Shown in pieces: positions 29,575 through 36,894 of a DNA stretch of 64,000 bases (position 1 is the first letter of the stretch; the number at the start of each line of letters is the position of its first letter). The notes beneath the pieces are model-generated. The model was given only the letters and a program-made list of their open reading frames with translations. It ran no database searches and was not told where the DNA came from. The position numbers and the translations under genes are program-made. The stretch is from positions 5,323-69,322 of the forward strand of contig JARRLN010000001.1 in NCBI GenBank assembly GCA_037386965.1. Reading direction: 5' to 3'. This DNA is from Nitrospirota bacterium. GTDB lineage: Bacteria; Nitrospirota; Thermodesulfovibrionia; Thermodesulfovibrionales; JdFR-86.

Positions 29575-30470
29575 AGGCCCGCGCCCCTCGCGGAGCCCCC
29601 GACGCGCACGAAGCACTCCTTCACCGTAAGGCCGTCCCTCCCGACATATCCCCCGGCCATGTACTTCGTCGTGTGGATGATGGCCGGCCTTCCCCTCGCG
29701 TCAATGGCGATGACCCCGCCCTCGCCGCCCATGCGGGTAAGCCTGGTGAGCGAGCGCGCTGCGGCCTCGCGCAGGGTCAGGAGGAAAAGGCTCATGCATA
29801 TTTCCTTGCCCAGGCAAAGGCGCAGGATGTGCTCGCCGGAGCCCGTGCAGGCCACCGCACCCAGGGCGTTCTCGGCATAAACCCCGGCGCCCACGATGGG
29901 GGTGTCGCCTACCCGGCCGGGGAGCATCGCCGCGACCCCGCCCGTCGATGCCGCGGCCGCAAGGTCGCCCCTCCCGTCCCGGGCCACAGCCCCCACGGTG
30001 GAGAAGTATTTCTCGTACAGCTCCATGAAGTCCCTGTTCCGTCTCGCCTTCTGCAGGCTCTCTCTGGCCCTTTCGACCGGCGGGGGGAGCGGTGCAAGCC
30101 CCTCGGCGCGGGCCATGGCGGCGGCCCCTTCTCCCGCAAGCATTGTGTTGGGCAGGTCCATGGCCCGCCGGGCGGCAAAAACGGGGTTTCTGAAACCCTG
30201 AAGGCCGATGACGGAACCGGCCCTAAGCCCGCGGCCTTCCATGACGGAGGCGTCCAGCCTCCGGAGGCCGTCGGCCTGGAGGTTGGCCCCGGCCCCGGCG
30301 TTAAACTCCCCGGAGTTCTCCATGAGGGCAATGGTCCTGGTGACGGCATCGAGGGCGGCCCCCCCGGCTTTGAGGATGTCCCAGCCCTCCCGAAGAGCCT
30401 CCGACAGCGCCTGTAAGGCTGCCCCGGAGGGCCTCTTCTCCCCCGCTCCACCGTGGACCATGAAGACCAT
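29571..30470 (-). CDS. Isoaspartyl peptidase / L-asparaginase (Ntn hydrolase, asparaginase_2 family)
   Basis: It starts VHGGAGE and has the autoprocessing nucleophile context (STVGAVARDGRGDLAAAASTGG). Its 3' end overlaps pheS by 4 bp (convergent). Confidence 0.85.
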   Translation of the reverse strand: MVFMVHGGAGEKRPSGAALQALSEALREGWDILKAGGAALDAVTRTIALMENSGEFNAGAGANLQADGLRRLDASVMEGRGLRAGSVIGLQGFRNPVFAARRAMDLPNTMLAGEGAAAMARAEGLAPLPPPVERARESLQKARRNRDFMELYEKYFSTVGAVARDGRGDLAAAASTGGVAAMLPGRVGDTPIVGAGVYAENALGAVACTGSGEHILRLCLGKEICMSLFLLTLREAAARSLTRLTRMGGEGGVIAIDARGRPAIIHTTKYMAGGYVGRDGLTVKECFVRVGGSARGAGL

Positions 30471-30807
30471 GCACGCTCCTCCTCATCTTCATCCTACTAC
30501 AGGGATTCACGCGGGGGAACGGCACTCCGCATATGTCTTCCCGTTTGTCTCACATTAGAAAGATTAAGCCCTATCTGTTACTGATTGTAATCCTTCCCAT
30601 AGACCGTTAAGAATTCCATAATCTTCTGTCGGAATTATTTGCAAAAATACACCCCAAGATAAGCAAGGATTCAGAAATCCCCATAAAAACAATGCTTTTA
30701 TATAAGGCATATATTTTGCTTTTACAAAATTTCAAGGGGATGTGGTCATCTAATTAAGACAGAGAGGAGGGCGTCAAGGAATCCTTGCGGGACAGGCACC
30801 TGTAAAA

Positions 30808-30822
30808 GGGCACGAATATTGC
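30808..30822 (+). promoter_or_regulatory. Sigma-54 promoter (-24/-12) of the PEP-CTERM beta-propeller gene
   Basis: The site reads GGGCAC-GAATA-TTGC. The GG (30809-30810) and GC (30821-30822) are separated by exactly 10 nt. It lies about 40 bp upstream of the ATG at 30862, and AAGGAGG sits between the two. Confidence 0.6.
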
Positions 30823-30861
30823 CTGCTCGATTCTTAATAAGACCAGCGAAAGGAGGTCTCC

Positions 30862-31851
30862 ATGAGAAGAGTCGCTATCATAGCGACGTTGTTCATGTTG
30901 TTAGCATGGACGGGCATTGCCTCGGCCCTGCCGTACACACAGGGAAACGTTTTCGTATCCCTCCGGGACGGGACGGTCCAAGAGTACACCCCCACCGGAA
31001 CCCTGGTGCAGACCCTCAGCACGCCTTCATCTGGGGAGTTGACGGGTTCGGCCTTCGATTCGAGCGGCAACTTTTATGTGACAGCAGGGTTCTCGCTACA
31101 ACCCGCAGGTGGTATTTACAAATTCGATTCCAGCGGCAACCTGGTGTCGCCCTCCCCATTTTTCACGAACCCTTCTGTCAATGGCTCGACCAATGAATCT
31201 ATCCTGTTCAACATAGCCGGGATGGCACTGTCGGGGACGGCCGACGGAGACAGAACTGTCAACCTGTTTGATCCCAGTACGGGTGGAAATCCTGTCACCC
31301 AGTACAGTGTCGCGACGCAGGACCGGGGGAGCGACTGGATCGATCTTGCAGCCGACCAGACGACCCTCTACTACACCTCAGAGGGCTCCAGGATTCTCAG
31401 GTACGACCTCGACACCAGCACGCAACTGACAGATTTCACCAACGAGGGGTTTAACCTGTTTGCCCTCAGGCTTCTTTCAAGCGGGGGGATTCTGGCCGCC
31501 GACACTAATAAGGTCCTTCGGTTCGACAGCAGCGGGAACGTTGCGCAGACGTACCTGCCCGGTTCCGGCTTGCTCTTCGCCCTGAATCTCGACCCGGATG
31601 GCACCTCCTTCTGGACCGCGGAATATTATACAGGCGACATATACAATATCGACATCGCCACCGGCACCATCCTTAACCAATTTGATATCGACCAGGGAAT
31701 CAGCGGACTGTCGGTCTACGGCGAGATAACCCAAGGCGGCGGCGGCGGAGGAGGAGGGGGTGGAGAGCCCATTCCCGAGCCTTCCACACTATTTCTTCTC
31801 GGCAGCGGGTTCCTGGGGCTTGCGGCGTTCAGAAGGCGATTCAGAAGATAG
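30862..31851 (+). CDS. Secreted beta-propeller-like repeat protein with Gly10 linker and C-terminal PEP-CTERM sorting signal
   Basis: It has a signal peptide (MRRVAIIATLFMLLAWTGIASA). Repeated blade motifs occur (AFDSSGNFYV, KFDSSGNLV, RFDSSGNVAQ, LDPDGTSFW). The C-terminus reads GGGGGGGGGG-EPIPEPSTLFLLGSGFLGLAAFRRRFRR, i.e. PEP motif, TM helix and Arg cluster. Confidence 0.8.
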   Translation: MRRVAIIATLFMLLAWTGIASALPYTQGNVFVSLRDGTVQEYTPTGTLVQTLSTPSSGELTGSAFDSSGNFYVTAGFSLQPAGGIYKFDSSGNLVSPSPFFTNPSVNGSTNESILFNIAGMALSGTADGDRTVNLFDPSTGGNPVTQYSVATQDRGSDWIDLAADQTTLYYTSEGSRILRYDLDTSTQLTDFTNEGFNLFALRLLSSGGILAADTNKVLRFDSSGNVAQTYLPGSGLLFALNLDPDGTSFWTAEYYTGDIYNIDIATGTILNQFDIDQGISGLSVYGEITQGGGGGGGGGGEPIPEPSTLFLLGSGFLGLAAFRRRFRR

Positions 31852-31901
31852 GCAGCATTATGTGACATCCGCGACTTCTGGTACACTGGCGTGATCGCCA
31901 T

Positions 31902-31953
31902 AGGGCGCTCCTCCTGTTAATAGTCTAACGACATTGGATGGGAGGAGCGCCCT
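31902..31953 (+). terminator. Long-loop hairpin downstream of the beta-propeller gene (possible terminator)
   Basis: There is a perfect 13-bp inverted repeat, AGGGCGCTCCTCC (31902-31914) / GGAGGAGCGCCCT (31941-31953). The loop is 26 nt and the hairpin is followed by TCTTTAT. Confidence 0.45.
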
Positions 31954-32174
31954 TCTTTATCCCCGCTTCAATTTCACCTAATCACCTGACGGCTGTAATT
32001 CGCATGAGCTTGTTTTTCACTCAGAAAGATGCCAGTGCCATAAGGTGGGTGTCTTTAGAGACATGAGAATTAAGTTTGGTCGCCGCTACTGTGCCTTCTT
32101 TTTGGAAGGCCTCCACATCTCTTCCTCCTGGCGACACGCCCCCCTCCGCCATCTGCCGGTTGCCCAGTGGTTGT

Positions 32175-32201
32175 TAAAAAAGGCCCCTCTGAAAGGGGCC
32201 T
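32175..32201 (-). terminator. Rho-independent terminator on the minus strand, just outside the left tRNA-derived repeat
   Basis: The stem is AGGCCCCT/AGGGGCCT with a 5-nt loop (32181-32201). On the minus strand the hairpin is followed by TTTTTTAA. Confidence 0.6.
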
Positions 32202-32230
32202 TTGGAAAAAGTAACTTTTTTATGAAGTTG

Positions 32231-32251
32231 TGGCGCGCCCAGGAGGATTCG
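32231..32251 (-). repeat. Partial duplicate (21 nt) of the tRNA-Arg(ACG) 3' end; putative distal att site
   Basis: TGGCGCGCCCAGGAGGATTCG is identical to 36084-36104 and in the same orientation. Confidence 0.85.
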
Positions 32252-32360
32252 GTATCAAGGTGACACTGAGCTGGTGGAAGGCGGCCGGAGTCTGACCGGC
32301 AAACTCCCATCTATCCGCTCTTTACCGAAGGGCAATCCTTGTTCTGTAAGGATCGGCTGT

Positions 32361-34178
32361 TCAGGGAAGACGTTTGAGGAGTCTTTCCGCTTCCTTCGCC
32401 TCTTTGAAATCCCGAGAGATCGAGAGAGCCTTCTCTACGCTGCGCCGTGCGGCCTCCGCGTTGCCCGAGGCCCGGTACGCCTCGGCTAGGTGATAAAGGA
32501 TGGTTGGGCTATTCGGCGACAGAGAGGTCGACTTCTCGAGTGTATCCAGGGCTTCCTTTGTCCTGCCAAGCTTGAACAGAACCCATCCAAGGGTATCAAG
32601 AATCATGGCGTTTTCGCCCGCCGAGGAGGCGGCCCTCCGCGCCATCATCAGGGCTTGGTCGTTGTCCCCTCTTTCAAGCTCTAGCATCGCCAGGTTGTTG
32701 AGGGCGTACACATGCTGGGGATCATTTGCAATGATATCCCGATACATCTTTAGTGCACGGAGTTTGTCCCCCGCGTCCTGGTAGAGGGCGGCAAGGTAAA
32801 ACATGTCATCGGGATTATCGGGGCTGGCCTTCCGGAGCTGTTCTGCGGCCTCGATTGCCTTTTTCAGGTCGCCTTTCCGTACGTACGTTACGCTCAGGGC
32901 CTTGAGAATCAGCGGCTCACTCGGGGCAAGCGAGAGAGCTTTGCCAAGTTCATCGAGTGCAATATCGTATTTCTTGACATAACCGTAAAAGAGGCCAAGT
33001 TCGTAAAAAGACAAGGGTGAGTCCGGAAACCTCCGGGACATTTCCTTGAATGTCTCTTCGGCGAGGTCCATCTGGCCAATCATCTGATACGTTGAGCCGA
33101 GCAAGTCGTAAATTTCAATACCCGCGTTCCCGGAGCCCACTATTTCAGTGTAAATCTTTATCGCTTCTGCGGGTTTTTCCTCGCGGAGGTACACATCTGC
33201 AATCCTCTTCCGGGCAAAAAGTGGATCAGGGCTTAGGTCTGCGGCCCGCTTGTAGCACCGCAGCGCTTCTTCGTATCGTCCCATCGCAAAGAGCGTCTCT
33301 CCAAGCTGGTAATGTCCGACAGACCACTCAGGCTTTATCTCTGTTACTTTCTGTAGTTCCGCGAGGGATTCCTGGTATTTCCCCTTTTCCCTATATGCCA
33401 TCCCTAGCGGAAGGCGGGCCCTCTCCGTGTCGGGTTCGAGTTTGAGGGCGGTCTTAAAATGGTCAATGGCTTCGTTCACCCTGTCCGTGTTCAGATAAGC
33501 GGAGCCAAGCACGATATGCGCCGTGGCACCACCTTTATCTCTGGTAATGAGTCCCTCAAGCAGCGCAATGGTCTTTTCGTACATCCTCGAAAGGTTATAG
33601 AGCCGCCCCAGGTTTACCTTGACTCCTACATACTCGGGTGGTGTCCCCCTTATGCCTTTTCCATAATGTTCGACGGCCTGCTGATACTTACCTTCGTCCT
33701 CGTATATCAGCCCGAGCCTTTGGTGGGCTCTCCGGTTTTGAGGATTTATCTTGATGGCCTGGAGGAATTTCTCTTTAGCTTTCTTCTGTTGGCCCTGCGC
33801 CATATAGATGTCGCCTATCTTGGTGATGGCTGAATCCGCGGAAGGGTCCAGTTCAACGGCCCTTTTAAGGGCCTTGAGACCTTCGTCAACCTGTCCCTTC
33901 ATGACCAACGCGGCCCCGAGGATTTCCTGGGCGGGGGCAGAGCCGGGGTCGTCTTTCAGCACTTCCCGGACCTTCTTGATTGCAGCATCGTATCGACCAT
34001 GGTTCAGAAGGGCAAGGGCCTCAGCCAGAGACTTCTGCCCAGGAAGAACCTGTATCTGTTCGGGGGTTATGTCGATTACCGGGAAGGCCTGAGAAACCGC
34101 GATGTCAAATGTCAGGGATGCAATCGCCCCCGCGACAAACATGCACAACCAGAATAATGCTCTCCTCGTCATTTTCAA
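32361..34178 (-). CDS. Secreted or membrane-anchored tetratricopeptide (TPR) repeat protein
   Basis: The N-terminus is hydrophobic (MKMTRRALFWLCMFVAGAIASL). More than 12 tandem 34-aa TPR-like units follow (recurrent A..Y...G....A...F..AL..dP). It is 605 aa. Confidence 0.85.
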   Translation of the reverse strand: MKMTRRALFWLCMFVAGAIASLTFDIAVSQAFPVIDITPEQIQVLPGQKSLAEALALLNHGRYDAAIKKVREVLKDDPGSAPAQEILGAALVMKGQVDEGLKALKRAVELDPSADSAITKIGDIYMAQGQQKKAKEKFLQAIKINPQNRRAHQRLGLIYEDEGKYQQAVEHYGKGIRGTPPEYVGVKVNLGRLYNLSRMYEKTIALLEGLITRDKGGATAHIVLGSAYLNTDRVNEAIDHFKTALKLEPDTERARLPLGMAYREKGKYQESLAELQKVTEIKPEWSVGHYQLGETLFAMGRYEEALRCYKRAADLSPDPLFARKRIADVYLREEKPAEAIKIYTEIVGSGNAGIEIYDLLGSTYQMIGQMDLAEETFKEMSRRFPDSPLSFYELGLFYGYVKKYDIALDELGKALSLAPSEPLILKALSVTYVRKGDLKKAIEAAEQLRKASPDNPDDMFYLAALYQDAGDKLRALKMYRDIIANDPQHVYALNNLAMLELERGDNDQALMMARRAASSAGENAMILDTLGWVLFKLGRTKEALDTLEKSTSLSPNSPTILYHLAEAYRASGNAEAARRSVEKALSISRDFKEAKEAERLLKRLP

Positions 34179-34284
34179 CCCCCTGCCTTTTCAATAGACC
34201 GTCTTTTAAATTATCTCGAAGTCCAGGAAAAAATCAACGAAATGAATGCATCACCGGCAAACAGGGGGTCCGGCTTGAGCGGGG

Positions 34285-34320
34285 AAAAAGCAGGCACGGG
34301 TAATTGACCCGTGCCTGCTC
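34285..34320 (-). terminator. Rho-independent terminator of the vWA/PEP-CTERM gene
   Basis: The stem is GCAGGCACGGG/CCCGTGCCTGC with a 7-nt loop. On the minus strand it is followed by TTTTT, 16 bp after the stop at 34336. Confidence 0.65.
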
Positions 34321-34335
34321 GCCTTGATGTTCAAT

Positions 34336-35451
34336 TTACTTCCCGAACTTCATACTTCTCACACCGACAAGACCTAAAAGACCGACTCCCACCAGCAGAA
34401 AAGTTGCAGGCTCCGGCACGGCGGCTGCTGCGCCACCCACCGTAAATCTGTCGCTTTCTATGGCAACAATGCCCCCGTCAACGAGCGCATCAATGCTGAA
34501 AGCATGCGTTCCGGCTTCAAGACCGGTAAAGGTTACATCAAAGGCAAACGTCATGTCGGTGTCACGCGAGAAGTCACCCAGATAAGACGTAGGGCTTATG
34601 GAGACGCCTACGCCCGGCAGGTTGCCATCCGCCATCAGGGACACCTCGCTATAGGACGCAAAGACGGACGCCAGGGCGTCATCGATCACGGTGACGATCT
34701 CACCCGAAGTCACACCGCTGAACAGGTCGCCTCCGGTGGCGTCGGTGATGGCAGTCGCCTGACCGGTAGAGTTCAAACCTCCCAGGTCGATTGCCTCCAC
34801 AACAACATTCTCCGCAGTGAGAGAACCGATGGCGTCAGAAAGCCCTATATCGGATGGATATGAGGCCTCCAGGTCCCCGTCATGCCCCGGAGCATCGCCG
34901 AACCAGACGACTATCTTTGTAGCGTCGTCCCGCCAACTGGTCGTGGTGGCCACTTGGTCAAGCGCATAAAGGTTGGCCTCAGGAGTGTCGCCGCCACTGC
35001 CAGCGACTGCGTCCAGCGAACCGATTGCGCTTTGCGCTGCGGTGGCGTCCGTCGTGATATCCTGGACCAGCTCGTAGGCTACATCGCCCGGGAGGCCGTA
35101 AGGAGACACCGGAAAATCCTCGTAGTCGCCCACGCCGAACGCCACGTCCCCCAGCCCCGAGGCATTTGAGAGAATCGTGGAGGCGTTGGTCTGCGCGGAG
35201 GATATCAGTGGAGCCATGCTTCCCGTGGTGTCAAACAGGAAGAAGACGTCCACCTTTGCCGTTGTGACGTCCGAGGTTACGGTCACCGTCTTTTCAACGG
35301 TGAGGCTCTCACCCACATCGATAGACGCTGAAACCGAAGCCGGGCTGATGGTGTCCGCTAATGCGACGTACGGCAATGCCAGAAGAAGCGCAACACAGAG
35401 GGTGAGCAAAAGCTGCACCTTTCTTCCCATTGCTACTTTTGGTCCTTTCAT
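34336..35451 (-). CDS. Secreted von Willebrand factor A (vWA) domain protein with C-terminal PEP-CTERM sorting signal
   Basis: It has a signal peptide (VQLLLTLCVALLLALPYVALA). The MIDAS-like motif is DVFFLFDTTGSM, with ...GGDTPE and VVWFGDAPGHD further on. The C-terminus reads AAAAVPEPATFLLVGVGLLGLVGVRSMKFGK. GGAGGTG lies 7 nt upstream of the ATG. Confidence 0.85.
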   Translation of the reverse strand: MKGPKVAMGRKVQLLLTLCVALLLALPYVALADTISPASVSASIDVGESLTVEKTVTVTSDVTTAKVDVFFLFDTTGSMAPLISSAQTNASTILSNASGLGDVAFGVGDYEDFPVSPYGLPGDVAYELVQDITTDATAAQSAIGSLDAVAGSGGDTPEANLYALDQVATTTSWRDDATKIVVWFGDAPGHDGDLEASYPSDIGLSDAIGSLTAENVVVEAIDLGGLNSTGQATAITDATGGDLFSGVTSGEIVTVIDDALASVFASYSEVSLMADGNLPGVGVSISPTSYLGDFSRDTDMTFAFDVTFTGLEAGTHAFSIDALVDGGIVAIESDRFTVGGAAAAVPEPATFLLVGVGLLGLVGVRSMKFGK

Positions 35452-35507
35452 TTCTTTTCACCTCCCTTCCAGGTTTTTCGGTTTATCGGGAATCGGACCG
35501 ATTACAA

Positions 35508-35522
35508 GCAAAAGACGTGCCC
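35508..35522 (-). promoter_or_regulatory. Sigma-54 promoter (-24/-12) of the vWA/PEP-CTERM gene
   Basis: The minus strand reads GGGCAC-GTCTT-TTGC, the same form as the 30808 site. The -12 element lies about 57 bp upstream of the ATG at 35451. Confidence 0.6.
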
Positions 35523-36083
35523 ATTTAGAACATCCGGATTTTAAATGATAGTTTTCTCAACGTCTGTGGGCTAAACTATCTTTTGTAAAATCCTCCGACA
35601 CAAAATTCGAGAAAGTTTACATATCATAGGCCGTATGAATGATGGTCATAATTCGTTAATGGTAGGTGCAGCTTGAGATGCGAATCTGTTGGGAAACCAT
35701 GACATTCACGATAGGAAATCCCGCAACCAGGCGGAACCGGACATTGAGCACCTCAGAGTACCTTTTTCGGAGGGCGCAAGGTAGTCAACGTTATCCCAGA
35801 CTTGATGCAGGTCCATAACCGGAGAAAGCGGCGCGACGGTGCCGGTCCGTGCGCCACCAGCCGGGAGTTTTCAGCCATGCGCCGTATGTCGGCTCTCGCA
35901 TTTTCGAAGGTACGACGTGGTCAGTGGGTCAGACCTCGGGGCCGCCTCAGAGAGGCTGACGGATGTGCATCGGGAAGCACAAGAAGTCCTCGAACGGAAA
36001 GGAGATGGGCAATTTCGAACACACGAAACAAGCACAAAGGGCTCCCGCAAAGATGACCGGAAGCCCGCAAGTGCTTGAAAATA

Positions 36084-36160
36084 TGGCGCGCCCAGGAGGA
36101 TTCGAACCCCCGACACTCGGATTCGTAGTCCGATGCTCTATCCGGCTGAGCTATGGGCGC
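36084..36160 (-). tRNA. tRNA-Arg (anticodon ACG), CCA encoded
   Basis: Manual cloverleaf: acceptor GCGCCCA/TGGGCGC, D stem GCTC/GAGC, anticodon stem TCGGA/TCCGA with loop CTACGAA, T loop TTCGAAT, discriminator G, then CCA. Confidence 0.9.
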
Positions 36161-36197
36161 AGACGGAAGGAGGGGCTCCGAAGGCCCCCTCCTCTGT

Positions 36198-36701
36198 TTA
36201 GCTTGTGGCCTTGATGCCCTCCTTCAGGGTCAGGGCGTACGTATCATGCTCGAAGGGGTGGATGGCCGGGAACTTCGAGTACAGCCATCCGGTGAATATC
36301 TGCTTGTCACCCTCGAACACATCAACATGCACCGCCGGGTTGTTCAGCTCGTTTGAGGCCGATGTAATGGTCGACCCGCTCATCTTGAAGTCGGGAAGGA
36401 ATTGCCCGACTTCGATCTTCAGGTTCGAGCCCGGGATGGCGTATTCTCCCTCCAGCGGAATGGTGACTTCGTCGGACTTCTTGGTCGTCTTGTTTTCGAT
36501 AACCAACGTGACCGCCTTCCACTTCCCTGCAACCGATTCGGGGACGACTATCTGCGTCTGCACGGGAGGCATAACGCCATGCGGAGAAGCGGCCTCCCCG
36601 CCCGGCTGGCCCGGCTTCGTAATCGGTTCCTCCTTCTGCTTGCACCCCACGAAAGCAAAGACCACGACAAGAGCCGCCAACAGCACCAGAAGTTTTCTCA
36701 T
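36198..36701 (-). CDS. Putative lipoprotein of unknown function
   Basis: ATG 36701 gives MRKLLVLLAALVVVFAFVGCKQ, a signal peptide with a lipobox Cys. The listed ORF start (36833) would run through tRNA-Ser and is rejected. Confidence 0.7.
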   Translation of the reverse strand: MRKLLVLLAALVVVFAFVGCKQKEEPITKPGQPGGEAASPHGVMPPVQTQIVVPESVAGKWKAVTLVIENKTTKKSDEVTIPLEGEYAIPGSNLKIEVGQFLPDFKMSGSTITSASNELNNPAVHVDVFEGDKQIFTGWLYSKFPAIHPFEHDTYALTLKEGIKATS

Positions 36702-36745
36702 TCGCCTTCCTCCTGTATAGGTTGCACGCCATGAAGTCCATACGC

Positions 36746-36839
36746 TGGCGGAGAGGCAGGGATTCGAACCCTGGGTGAGGCTTTTGACCCCACAACCGCT
36801 TAGCAGGCGGCTGCCTTCAGCCAGCTCGGCCACCTCTCC
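36746..36839 (-). tRNA. tRNA-Ser (anticodon GCT), long variable arm, CCA encoded
   Basis: Manual cloverleaf: acceptor GGAGAGG/CCTCTCC, anticodon stem GCCGC/GCGGT with loop CTGCTAA, long variable arm, T loop TTCGAAT, then G-CCA. Confidence 0.9.
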
Positions 36840-36894
36840 TCATTGACCTTTTATGTTATCAGGTATGCGCGCGCTTTGTAAAGGGACGCACGGT

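Larger units (their letters stand above)
32252..36083. mobile_element. Putative integrase-less islet inserted at tRNA-Arg(ACG); cargo is a TPR protein and a vWA/PEP-CTERM protein
   Basis: It is bracketed by the exact 21-bp direct repeat of the tRNA 3' end and lies on the 3' side of the tRNA. It looks lower in G+C than flanking housekeeping DNA (by eye). I could not recognise any recombinase ORF. Confidence 0.5.

Noticed and set aside
30480-30860. Search for a third tRNA-derived repeat marking the left edge of the whole low-G+C stretch
   Set aside because: Only a 6-nt GGATTC match (about 30667) was found, which is not significant. The left boundary of the accessory stretch therefore remains undefined.
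35871-36116. 81-aa minus-strand ORF next to tRNA-Arg considered as an integrase remnant (contains ...SRHTAHG)
   Set aside because: It overlaps the tRNA itself and is Ser/Arg/Cys-rich. The resemblance to the integrase HxLRHT box is only three residues. It cannot be supported without an HMM search.
36702-36833. N-terminal 44 codons of listed ORF 36198..36833
   Set aside because: This part of the ORF would be translated through tRNA-Ser(GCT). The internal ATG at 36701 yields a textbook lipoprotein signal peptide.
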